Of a DNA stretch of 32,000 nt, positions 17,077 to 25,413 are shown piece after piece. Below the pieces are notes generated by a model. That model searched no databases and had not been told where the DNA came from. It saw only the letters and a program-made list of their open reading frames with translations. The number at the start of each line of letters is the position of its first letter. Positions within the stretch are counted from its first letter, which is position 1. Source of the DNA: Formosa sp. Hel1_33_131 (GTDB taxonomy: Bacteria; Bacteroidota; Bacteroidia; Flavobacteriales; Flavobacteriaceae). The stretch is taken from contig NZ_CP017260.1 in NCBI RefSeq assembly GCF_001735745.1, forward strand, positions 1,140,001-1,172,000, given 5' to 3'. The position numbers were made by a program, and so were the translations under genes.

Positions 17077-18411
17077 TTGGAAACAACTATTAGCCTCAAA
17101 TACATTAACAAACTTGCAGTGCCCGCCATTATCGCAGGTATTGCCGAACCTATTCTTTCTCTTACGGACGCCGCTATTGTGGGTCATATTTCCGTAAATG
17201 CAACAGAATCCTTGGCAGCTGTGGGCATTGTGACCACCTTTTTATCCATGCTTATTTGGGTACTCGGACAATCGCGTAGCGCCATTTCATCCATCATTTC
17301 TCAATATGTTGGTGCCAATAAATTAGACGAAGTCAAAAATTTACCCGCACAAGCCATCACCATTATTTTAATTCTCAGCTTGTTAATTTGTTTCGGAACC
17401 TATCCCTTTAGCAATGCCATTTTTAAGCTCTACAATGCTTCAGGGTTGTTGTTGGACTACAGTGTTTCCTACTATAAAATTCGGGTGTTTGGGTTGCCCT
17501 TTACCCTCTATACCTTCGCAGTTTTTGGAATTTTTAGAGGGCTTCAAAATACCTATTACCCAATGCTTATCGCCATCACAGGTGCCATGGTAAATATCCT
17601 TTTAGATGTGTTGTTGGTCTATGGAATTGCAGATGTGTTTCCGCCGCTTTACCTCAAAGGAGCCGCCATCGCAAGTGTGTTGGCACAATTTTTAATGGCA
17701 GCCTTGGCGACTTACTTCCTTCTAAAAAAAACAGAAATACCCTTAAAACTCACAAGACCTTTTAATAAAGAACTTCCAAAGTTTTTGAACATGATTAAGC
17801 ACCTCATCGTTCGGACCTTGGCACTCAATACCGCCTTGTATTTTGCAGCACGTTTTGCGACAGGTTATGGAAATACCTACATCGCCGCCTATACCATCGC
17901 TATTAATTTATGGTTTTTTGCCGCCTTTGCCGTCGATGGCTATGCCAGTGCCGGCAACATCCTTTCTGGAAAACTGTTTGGAGCTAAAAACTACCACTTA
18001 CTCTTACAACTAAGCAATCGCCTGATAAAATACGCCCTCATTGTCGGCGTAATTATGGGGCTAATTGGCGCCTTGTTTTATAAGCCAATCGGAATCGCCT
18101 TTACAAACGACCCAGAAGTGTTGGCGCAGTTCTATGACATCTTTTGGATGGTGTTACTAATGCAACCTATCTGCGCATTGGCATTTGTATTTGATGGCAT
18201 TTTTAAAGGGCTCGGAAAGATGAAGGATTTGAGAAATGTATTAATACTTACAACACTGTTTGTGTTTTTACCTGTGCTATTTATTACCGATTATTATGGG
18301 TGGAAACTCCATGGTGTTTTTACCGCTTTTACCTTGTGGATGATCGCTAGAGGCATCCCACTAATAATAAAATTTAGGAAACAATTTTTACCACAGGTTC
18401 AAAACCATTAA
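17077..18411 (+). CDS. MATE-family efflux transporter, 444 aa, TTG start
   Basis: Twelve hydrophobic segments. N-terminus INKLAVPAIIAGIAEPILSLTDAAIVGH is typical of MATE/DinF-like proteins. There is no in-frame ATG, GTG or TTG between the upstream stop (17032) and the TTG at 17077. Confidence 0.85.
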   Translation: METTISLKYINKLAVPAIIAGIAEPILSLTDAAIVGHISVNATESLAAVGIVTTFLSMLIWVLGQSRSAISSIISQYVGANKLDEVKNLPAQAITIILILSLLICFGTYPFSNAIFKLYNASGLLLDYSVSYYKIRVFGLPFTLYTFAVFGIFRGLQNTYYPMLIAITGAMVNILLDVLLVYGIADVFPPLYLKGAAIASVLAQFLMAALATYFLLKKTEIPLKLTRPFNKELPKFLNMIKHLIVRTLALNTALYFAARFATGYGNTYIAAYTIAINLWFFAAFAVDGYASAGNILSGKLFGAKNYHLLLQLSNRLIKYALIVGVIMGLIGALFYKPIGIAFTNDPEVLAQFYDIFWMVLLMQPICALAFVFDGIFKGLGKMKDLRNVLILTTLFVFLPVLFITDYYGWKLHGVFTAFTLWMIARGIPLIIKFRKQFLPQVQNH

Positions 18412-18454
18412 CTTTGTATAGAACTATGAATCGATTAGATACCAAAAAACACCA

Positions 18455-18904
18455 ATGAGCAACATTCGAATTACAAAACAATTTTCTTTTGAAACGGGAC
18501 ATGCACTTTATGGGTATGATGGTAAATGCAAAAATGTTCATGGGCACAGCTACCGCTTAGATGTGACTGTCATTGGACAGCCAATTTCAGATAACACCCA
18601 TGTAAAATTTGGAATGGTAATTGATTTTACGGATTTAAAAAAAATCATCAAAGAAGAGATCGTGAACGTCTTTGATCACGCCACAGTGTTTAATAAAAAC
18701 ACCCCCCACGTAGAGCTTGCAAAAGAACTTTCGGATCGGGGACACAATGTACTTCTAGTCGATTATCAACCTACAAGTGAAATGATGGTGATTGATTTTG
18801 CCGAAAAAATAAAAAAACGACTGCCCAATACAATACAGTTACATGCCCTTAAACTGCAAGAAACCGCCACGAGTTTTGCAGAATGGTATGCAAGTGACAA
18901 CTAA
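18455..18904 (+). CDS. queD: 6-carboxy-5,6,7,8-tetrahydropterin synthase (queuosine pathway), 149 aa
   Basis: PTPS/QueD-fold strings FSFETGHAL and CKNVHGHSY, with the expected size. Confidence 0.85.
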   Translation: MSNIRITKQFSFETGHALYGYDGKCKNVHGHSYRLDVTVIGQPISDNTHVKFGMVIDFTDLKKIIKEEIVNVFDHATVFNKNTPHVELAKELSDRGHNVLLVDYQPTSEMMVIDFAEKIKKRLPNTIQLHALKLQETATSFAEWYASDN

Positions 18905-18913
18905 CAGTGTAAT

Positions 18914-19675
18914 ATGACGGCTATAAAAATTCCCGAAGGGAAAAAAATATACTTTGCTTCTGACAACCATCTTGGTGCGCCGACGGCCAAGGAGTCTATG
19001 CCTCGCGAAAAAAAGTTCGTGCAATGGTTGGATTCTATCAAGCACGATGCGGAGGTTATTTTCTTATTAGGCGATTTGTTTGATTTCTGGTTTGAATATA
19101 AATATGTCATCCCAAAAGGGTTTACACGGGTGTTAGGGAAATTGGCAGAGCTGAGCGATCAAGGCATTGAAATTCACTTTTTTGTAGGGAATCACGACTT
19201 GTGGATGAATGGCTATTTCGAAGAAGAGTTGGGCATTACTGTACATCATCAACCTCAAGAATTTACCTTCAATTCAAAATCCTTTTTTATTGGTCACGGC
19301 GATGGACTTGGCCCGGATGACAAAGGATTTAAACGTCTCAAAAAAGTATTTACAAATCCATTTTTTAAATGGTTATACAGATGGATACACCCTGATATTG
19401 GCGTTCGTTTTGCGCAATACCTATCGGTTAAAAACAAAGTGATTTCGGGGGATGAAGACGTGAAGTTTCTTGGAAATGACAAAGAGTGGTTGGTGCAATA
19501 CAGTCTTAAAAAATTAGAAGAAAAACACCGCGACTATTTTGTGTTTGGACACCGGCATTTACCACTAGAAATTCCGCTTAATGAGCAGTCAAAATACATC
19601 AACCTTGGGGACTGGATTGGCTATTACACCTACGCCGTTTTTGAAGTCGACACCTTGACGTTGAAAGAATTTTAG
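18914..19675 (+). CDS. lpxH: UDP-2,3-diacylglucosamine diphosphatase, 253 aa
   Basis: Calcineurin-like metallophosphoesterase motifs in LpxH order: FASDNHLG, LLGDLFDFW, VGNHD, IGHGD, FGHRH. Confidence 0.8.
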   Translation: MTAIKIPEGKKIYFASDNHLGAPTAKESMPREKKFVQWLDSIKHDAEVIFLLGDLFDFWFEYKYVIPKGFTRVLGKLAELSDQGIEIHFFVGNHDLWMNGYFEEELGITVHHQPQEFTFNSKSFFIGHGDGLGPDDKGFKRLKKVFTNPFFKWLYRWIHPDIGVRFAQYLSVKNKVISGDEDVKFLGNDKEWLVQYSLKKLEEKHRDYFVFGHRHLPLEIPLNEQSKYINLGDWIGYYTYAVFEVDTLTLKEF

Positions 19676-19701
19676 ACGTTTAACTCATGCCTACAGTTAG
19701 A

Positions 19702-19733
19702 TTTTTGATGTGACATTTATTTTTTTGATGTGA
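19702..19733 (+). promoter_or_regulatory. Two exact 12-nt direct repeats TTTTTGATGTGA, spaced 20 bp start to start, upstream of the VTC cassette
   Basis: Copies at 19702..19713 and 19722..19733. A near-consensus -7 box TAAGTTTA at 19744..19751 follows 10 nt later, and the ATG is at 19765. Confidence 0.4.
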
Positions 19734-19764
19734 AAAAAAATCGTAAGTTTATCCAAATTAACCA

Positions 19765-20505
19765 ATGGACGTATCTAAATTATCAGGCTTTGCCTCTATT
19801 TCATTAGAGGAAATGAATGGTGTTTCATTATTGAAACGCGTTGATACGAAGTTCCTAACCACCACCTCTAAATTGTCTGAACTTTTACCGTACCTCTATT
19901 CTGAATATCAGATTTTAGAGATTGGTGAAAATCGGTTGATGAATTATTCCACCCTTTACTTTGACACAACAGATTTGCACTGCTATAAAGAACACCACAA
20001 CGGTAAAGCAAACCGTCACAAAATAAGAATGCGGAGGTATGTTGAGTCGGATATTTGTTTTTTAGAAGTTAAAGAAAAACAAAACACTGGAATGACCAAC
20101 AAAGTGCGTTGTTCAATTGATGATTTTGAAATAACCTTATCAACAGAATCAAAAAAGTTTATTGAAAAGGCTACTAAAAAAGACTGGGAATTAAAGCCCG
20201 TTTTAAATAATTATTTTCAACGTTTTACATTGGTAAACACCCAACGGTCCGAACGTGTGACCATAGATACGGGTTTGGAATATAAAACAGATTCAACCAC
20301 AAAAGAATTTAAAAATGTGGTCGTTATTGAAGTCAAACAAGAAAAACGAAATACAAGAACTCCTATATATAGCACACTAAAATCTAAGAGAATTAGAACC
20401 GTAAGTTTTAGTAAATATTGTATGGGTGTTGCCAACATTTTCTCGGGCGTAAAGTCTAACAAGTTTAAAGAACTCAACTTAAAAATTAACCAATTAAATC
20501 ACTAA
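19765..20505 (+). CDS. VTC-domain (polyphosphate-polymerase-like, CYTH/triphosphate-tunnel fold) protein, 246 aa, soluble
   Basis: Charged motifs spaced as beta-strand rungs: RVDTKF, YFDT, NRHKIRMRRY, FLEVKEK, VVIEVKQE, FSKY. No hydrophobic segment. Confidence 0.75.
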   Translation: MDVSKLSGFASISLEEMNGVSLLKRVDTKFLTTTSKLSELLPYLYSEYQILEIGENRLMNYSTLYFDTTDLHCYKEHHNGKANRHKIRMRRYVESDICFLEVKEKQNTGMTNKVRCSIDDFEITLSTESKKFIEKATKKDWELKPVLNNYFQRFTLVNTQRSERVTIDTGLEYKTDSTTKEFKNVVVIEVKQEKRNTRTPIYSTLKSKRIRTVSFSKYCMGVANIFSGVKSNKFKELNLKINQLNH

Positions 20506-20506
20506 C

Positions 20507-21103
20507 ATGGAGCTACTAGGCATTCCTATATTCGATGACGACTTTTACAAAATGATGATTCGATTTTTGTTGAATTTATTTTTCCTAACTGGAATTGTAA
20601 AATTTATCTATTATAAATACCATCAGAAGAAAGAGTATTTATTCACCTTCTACCTTATTGGAATTGTCGTTTACTTTTTGTGCTTTACATTAAAAAAGTA
20701 TGAATTGGATCTCGGGATGGCTTTGGGATTGTTTGCTATTTTTGGGATCATCCGTTACAGGACACTTCCTTTAGAGGTCAAAGAAATGACCTATCTGTTT
20801 GTGGTGATTGGCGTCGCAGTGATGAATGCCCTTTCAAACAAAAAAATGAGTTATGCAGAAATTATCGCAGCCAATACAATTATACTGTTGGCTTTATACG
20901 TTCTTGAACGCTATTGGGCGCGAACAGAAATAGTCTCTAAGGATGTGATTTATGAAATTATTGAAAACATTCGCCCTGAAAATCATGACTTACTCAAAGC
21001 AGATTTAGAAAAAAGACTTGGCTTTGAAATCCTAAGCTTTGAAATTGGAAAAATAAATTTCTTAAAAGATGTCGCCAAAGTAACTGTCTATTATAAACTT
21101 TAA
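20507..21103 (+). CDS. DUF4956-like integral membrane protein, 198 aa
   Basis: About five hydrophobic helices (LLNLFFLTGIVKFIYY, YLFTFYLIGIVVYFLCFTL, LGMALGLFAIFGII, YLFVVIGVAVMNAL, IIAANTIILLALYVL) plus a ~55-aa soluble tail. The start is 1 nt after the VTC-gene stop. Confidence 0.7.
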   Translation: MELLGIPIFDDDFYKMMIRFLLNLFFLTGIVKFIYYKYHQKKEYLFTFYLIGIVVYFLCFTLKKYELDLGMALGLFAIFGIIRYRTLPLEVKEMTYLFVVIGVAVMNALSNKKMSYAEIIAANTIILLALYVLERYWARTEIVSKDVIYEIIENIRPENHDLLKADLEKRLGFEILSFEIGKINFLKDVAKVTVYYKL

Positions 21104-21111
21104 TTTTGACT

Positions 21112-21867
21112 ATGAACTTATCTAAGCAAAATAACACCGTATTCGCATTCATTGTATTTATATTAACGTCCTCTAATTTGTTATTGGCTCAAAACTCAAA
21201 GGATTTAGAGGGATGGAGCGCCGTACAGCTAGATGTAAGAGCAAGTGAAAAAATATCCTTTTCCATTTCGGAACATCTAAGGTATCGAAATGACATTACG
21301 ACTGTCAGCACCTATTTTACGCAAGTTGAAGCAGGTTATGAAATCGTTAAAGATTTTGAACTCGGAGGCGGGGTTCGATTCATTAAAAAAAATGACGATG
21401 TTGGCAAAAAGCAAGGAGTTGAATCGCACTTCAGATATCAATTGGATGCAAGCTTCAAACATGATGTCAAGAGAATAGGCGTATCTTACCGTCTTAGATA
21501 TCAAAATAAAAATGAATTAGGGTTCTCCAAAGAGGAAGGTGATATCGCAAAAGAACGATTCCGATTCCTGTTTGGGATTGACTACAAATTCCTTCCTATT
21601 AATATCGTTTTTAAATTAAAAGGGGAGTTTTTTAGTCCCTTTTCTAATTGGACTGTTGCTGATAAAATTGATCGACAACGCTTTACATTATCAGCCTCTC
21701 GGAAATTTAATAGATTTGGGAAAATAGCAGTTTTCTACAGGCTTCAAGATGACTTAAATGTGGAGGTGAAAAAAACCGAAGTTACAGTTTCAAAATCGAT
21801 TTTAGGGTTTAAATACACATACAGTTTAGATTTTAGAAAAACGGATGAATCCTTAATCGAGCTTTAA
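21112..21867 (+). CDS. DUF2490-like outer-membrane beta-barrel protein, 251 aa from the ATG
   Basis: Signal peptide MNLSKQNNTVFAFIVFILTSSNLLLAQ. Alternating hydrophobic/polar strands with Tyr/Arg/Phe girdles, and YTYSLDF near the C-terminus. The ORF-track start at 21106 is a TTG; the ATG is at 21112. Confidence 0.65.
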   Translation: MNLSKQNNTVFAFIVFILTSSNLLLAQNSKDLEGWSAVQLDVRASEKISFSISEHLRYRNDITTVSTYFTQVEAGYEIVKDFELGGGVRFIKKNDDVGKKQGVESHFRYQLDASFKHDVKRIGVSYRLRYQNKNELGFSKEEGDIAKERFRFLFGIDYKFLPINIVFKLKGEFFSPFSNWTVADKIDRQRFTLSASRKFNRFGKIAVFYRLQDDLNVEVKKTEVTVSKSILGFKYTYSLDFRKTDESLIEL

Positions 21868-21871
21868 ATTA

Positions 21872-23140
21872 TTAATCTTGAGTTTCATGCGCATCCAAGT
21901 CTTTTTCTAGATCTAATTTTCGAAATGTTGGCGACACAATTCCCGTAGTAATCACCGTTATTAAGGTCATCGTTCCACCAAAAACAACCGCCGTAACGGT
22001 TCCCATAAGTTTCGCAGTTACGCCACTTTCAAAAGCACCTAGTTCATTTGAAGATCCCACAAACATAGAATTTACAGAGGACACACGGCCCCGCATATGA
22101 TCGGGTGTTTTGAGCTGTAAAATGGTTTGTCTGATCACCATAGAAACCCCATCCGTGACCCCACTAAAAAAGAGCGCAACGACTGATATCCAAAAGATAG
22201 AGGACAGTCCAAAAACAATAATACACACGCCAAATCCGAAAATGGCGGCTAACAATTTGAGTCCCGCATTTTTACTGATAGGAATGTAGGCCGTAATCAG
22301 CATGGTAATGAATGCCCCAACCGCAGGAGCGGCTCTTAACACTCCAAACCCTTCTGAGCCTACTTCTAAAATATCTTGTGCAAAGACGGGAAGCAAAGCG
22401 ACTGCACCTCCAAAAAGAACGGCAATCATATCCAAGCTTAACGCCCCTAAAATCGCTTTTGTTTTAAACACAAATCGAACTCCTTCTTTTAAACTTTGCA
22501 TAATGGGTTCTCCGATTTTTGGATTCAAGATGGGTTTGCGAGAAATTCCAAACAACAATATAAAGGACAAAACAACCAAGCCAAACACAATGCACAGCGA
22601 CCAATGCACCCCAATCCAATTGATTGTAAAACCTGCTAAAGCAGGGCCTAACATAGAAGCCATTTGCCAGGTTGAGCTGTTCCATGTTGCCGCATTTGGA
22701 TAGGCTTTTTTAGGCACGATCAATGCGACCAACGAAAAAATAGTGGGACCAAAAAAAGCACGTAACAATCCACCCATAAACACAAATGCATAAATTGTAT
22801 AGAGAATGGTTTTTGAGCTCCAATCCGCTTCAACAGAAGGACTGGTTAAAAAGAAAAGCCCAAAACTAATCAATGAAAACAGGCCTATACATTTCAAGAG
22901 TAAATTTCGTTTTTCACTTTGATCGACAATATGCCCTGCAAACAACGCCATACTAAAGGCAGGAATAATTTCCATAAGCCCAATAATCCCCAGAGACAAC
23001 GGGTCTTTGGTGAGTGTATAAACTTGCCATTCAATGATGATAAATTGCATGGACCAACCAAAAACTAAAATAAATCGCAATAACAGAAAGATATTAAATT
23101 CCTTAAATCGAAGTGCCGCGTAAGGATCTCTTTTTGCCAT
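21872..23140 (-). CDS. MFS transporter, 422 aa
   Basis: Twelve hydrophobic segments in a 6+6 layout. The start is 1 nt after the recJ stop. Confidence 0.85.
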   Translation of the reverse strand: MAKRDPYAALRFKEFNIFLLLRFILVFGWSMQFIIIEWQVYTLTKDPLSLGIIGLMEIIPAFSMALFAGHIVDQSEKRNLLLKCIGLFSLISFGLFFLTSPSVEADWSSKTILYTIYAFVFMGGLLRAFFGPTIFSLVALIVPKKAYPNAATWNSSTWQMASMLGPALAGFTINWIGVHWSLCIVFGLVVLSFILLFGISRKPILNPKIGEPIMQSLKEGVRFVFKTKAILGALSLDMIAVLFGGAVALLPVFAQDILEVGSEGFGVLRAAPAVGAFITMLITAYIPISKNAGLKLLAAIFGFGVCIIVFGLSSIFWISVVALFFSGVTDGVSMVIRQTILQLKTPDHMRGRVSSVNSMFVGSSNELGAFESGVTAKLMGTVTAVVFGGTMTLITVITTGIVSPTFRKLDLEKDLDAHETQD

Positions 23141-23141
23141 A

Positions 23142-24833
23142 TTAAGATTTAATGCCTTTTAATTTTAACTGTAAACTCACACGCCCATTCCATTCGTTTT
23201 CATCAATAGAATAGACCACCTTAAAGGGAGTTTTAGATTTAACAATCGGTAAATCACTTCCCATGCCAAAGCCAATCCCTACAATTTTGGAGCTGCCTTT
23301 TTGAGCGAGTGTGACCCGTAAATGCGTTTGATCTTCACCCACACATTTTCCGTAGCCTGTATCCAGTACTTCTGAACTCATAAAAACGGGTGACATATTT
23401 TGAGGTCCAAAGGGAGCGAATTGTTTTAGGATTCTATAAAACTTTGGTGTGATGGCATCAAAATCAATTTCGGCATCAATTTTTATTTCAGGCGTTCGAA
23501 GGTGTACAGGCAAGGTTGCTGAAACCTCAGCTTCAAAAGCGGCTTTAAAGGCTGAATAATTTTCTTCTTTAATAGTCATTCCTGCGGCATACATATGCCC
23601 TCCGAATTGCTCTAATAAATGGCTGCAATTTTCTAAGGCATGGTACACATCAAATCCTCTGACAGATCGTGCGGAAGCTGCTAAAAAGTCGCCACTTTTG
23701 GTAAATACCAAAGTGGGGCGGTAATGGGTTTCTATCAATCGGGAGGCTACAATTCCAATCACGCCTTTGTGCCAATCTTCTTGATATACAACCGAAGTCG
23801 CATCTTCCGTTTCGTTTGATTCTTCTATTTGTAACAAGGCTTCTTGTGTGATACGCTTGTCCGCTTCGCGACGGTTGGTATTAAAAAGTTCTATTTCGCT
23901 AGCTGCTGTTTCTGCATTCTCAAAACTCATTTCTTTCATCAGAGCCACGGCATAGTTGCCATGTTTCATACGTCCTGCAGCATTGATGCGCGGTGCAATA
24001 TTAAACACAACATCAGTGATGGTGAGCACCTCCTTTTTCATCTGATTGATCAGCGCTTTAAACCCTGGGCGTGGATTGGTATTAATGACTTGCAAGCCAA
24101 AATAAGCGAGAGCTCTATTTTCGCCAACAATAGGAACTATATCGGCACCAATTGCTGTAGCTACTAAATCTAAATACCCTACCAAAGATTCTACAGGAAT
24201 CCCCTCTTTAGATGCCAAGGCTTGAATCAATTTAAATCCAACACCACATCCACAAAGTTCTTTAAAAGGGTATTCACAATCGGGACGTTTTGGGTCTAAA
24301 ATAGCGACCGCATCGGGCAATTCTTTCCCTGGACGGTGATGGTCACAGATGATAAAGTCAATGCCTTTTTTCTTTGCATAGGCCACTTTTTCAATTGCTT
24401 TGACTCCGCAGTCTAAGGCAATTATTAACGAGAAATCGTTGTCTGACGCGAAGTCAATTCCTTTGTAGGATACGCCATACCCTTCTTCATAACGGTCGGG
24501 AATATAGGTGGAAATCTGAGTGCTTTTGGTTTCTAAATAGGACGCCATCAAAGCAACGGAAGAAGTGCCGTCCACATCATAATCTCCAAATACTAATACC
24601 TGTTCGTTGCTTTTTATAGCGGCTTCGATTCTGGCAACTGCTTTGTCCATGTCTTTCATCAGAAAGGGATCGTGCAAATCGGACCAACTCGGTCGAAAAA
24701 AGGTTTTAGCGTCTTCAAAATTCTCAATACCTCTTTGGAGTAACAGCTCCGAAATCGCCCTATCGACGCCTAATTTAGAGGCTAAATCGGCTATTTTTTT
24801 GGTGTCGGGCTTCGGTTTGAGCGTCCAACGCAT
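23142..24833 (-). CDS. recJ: Single-stranded-DNA-specific exonuclease RecJ, 563 aa
   Basis: DHH-family motifs GDYDVDGTSS, ALDCG and ICDHHRPG, plus the DHHA1 motif GGHMYAAG. Confidence 0.9.
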   Translation of the reverse strand: MRWTLKPKPDTKKIADLASKLGVDRAISELLLQRGIENFEDAKTFFRPSWSDLHDPFLMKDMDKAVARIEAAIKSNEQVLVFGDYDVDGTSSVALMASYLETKSTQISTYIPDRYEEGYGVSYKGIDFASDNDFSLIIALDCGVKAIEKVAYAKKKGIDFIICDHHRPGKELPDAVAILDPKRPDCEYPFKELCGCGVGFKLIQALASKEGIPVESLVGYLDLVATAIGADIVPIVGENRALAYFGLQVINTNPRPGFKALINQMKKEVLTITDVVFNIAPRINAAGRMKHGNYAVALMKEMSFENAETAASEIELFNTNRREADKRITQEALLQIEESNETEDATSVVYQEDWHKGVIGIVASRLIETHYRPTLVFTKSGDFLAASARSVRGFDVYHALENCSHLLEQFGGHMYAAGMTIKEENYSAFKAAFEAEVSATLPVHLRTPEIKIDAEIDFDAITPKFYRILKQFAPFGPQNMSPVFMSSEVLDTGYGKCVGEDQTHLRVTLAQKGSSKIVGIGFGMGSDLPIVKSKTPFKVVYSIDENEWNGRVSLQLKLKGIKS

Positions 24834-24835
24834 TG

Positions 24836-25258
24836 CTAAGAATTATGGATGTGAATGGTGGTGGTCACCGTTGAAAATTGTCTAAACATTTCCATGACGC
24901 CGCAATATTTATCTACGGAGAGTTTCACGGCTTTATCAATTTTTTTTGGAGACAAATCAGTACCCGTAAAATGATAATCCACATGGACTTTATCGTAATA
25001 CTTTGGATGTTCGTCAGTAAGAAAGCCTTCGACTTCCATTTTTAATTCGTAATCAACGACTTTCATTTTTTCTAAAATATCGACGATATCTATGCCTGAA
25101 CAGCCCGCTAAAGCGGAGAGCATCATTGCTTTTGGAGATACGCCAAATTGTTCAGCTTGGCCTTTTACAACTGTATCCATTAACACGGTTTTTCCGCTTG
25201 GGTTGTCAGATTCGAATTGCATTCCACCTTTCCAGTGAGTTGTTGTTTTGTGGGACAT
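24836..25258 (-). CDS. OsmC/Ohr-family protein, 140 aa
   Basis: Two conserved Cys contexts, LAGCSGIDI and DKYCGV, with the expected size. Its stop is 2 nt before the recJ start. Confidence 0.8.
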   Translation of the reverse strand: MSHKTTTHWKGGMQFESDNPSGKTVLMDTVVKGQAEQFGVSPKAMMLSALAGCSGIDIVDILEKMKVVDYELKMEVEGFLTDEHPKYYDKVHVDYHFTGTDLSPKKIDKAVKLSVDKYCGVMEMFRQFSTVTTTIHIHNS

Positions 25259-25286
25259 CCTAAAATATTTTTGATTCTTATTGCTT

Positions 25287-25294
25287 CAAAAATA
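25287..25294 (-). promoter_or_regulatory. -7 box TATTTTTG upstream of the osmC-like / recJ / MFS operon
   Basis: Plus strand caaaaata. Located 28 nt upstream of the ATG at 25258. Confidence 0.4.
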
Positions 25295-25413
25295 CTAAAT
25301 AATGTCAATAGTTACACTATGATGTGCCACTCACAATTTGGAAACCGAAGTGCTTGTTGAGGTTTTTAGGGAATGGTACTTAAAAAAAATGAATAAGTTA
25401 ATAGAAAGCAGCC

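Noticed and set aside
16901-17086. 61-aa minus-strand ORF between the 96-aa gene and the MATE gene
   Set aside because: It starts inside the MATE coding region, is Phe/Cys-rich in the manner of a shadow frame, and has no -7 box. The plus-strand 42-aa ORF in the same interval has an exact promoter box and a sensible junction with the MATE gene.
18412-18454. Possible preQ1 riboswitch upstream of queD
   Set aside because: The 43-nt gap has an A-rich tail (ccaaaaaacacc) but no convincing P1 stem or the conserved loop sequence I would expect. queD is more likely co-transcribed with the MATE gene.
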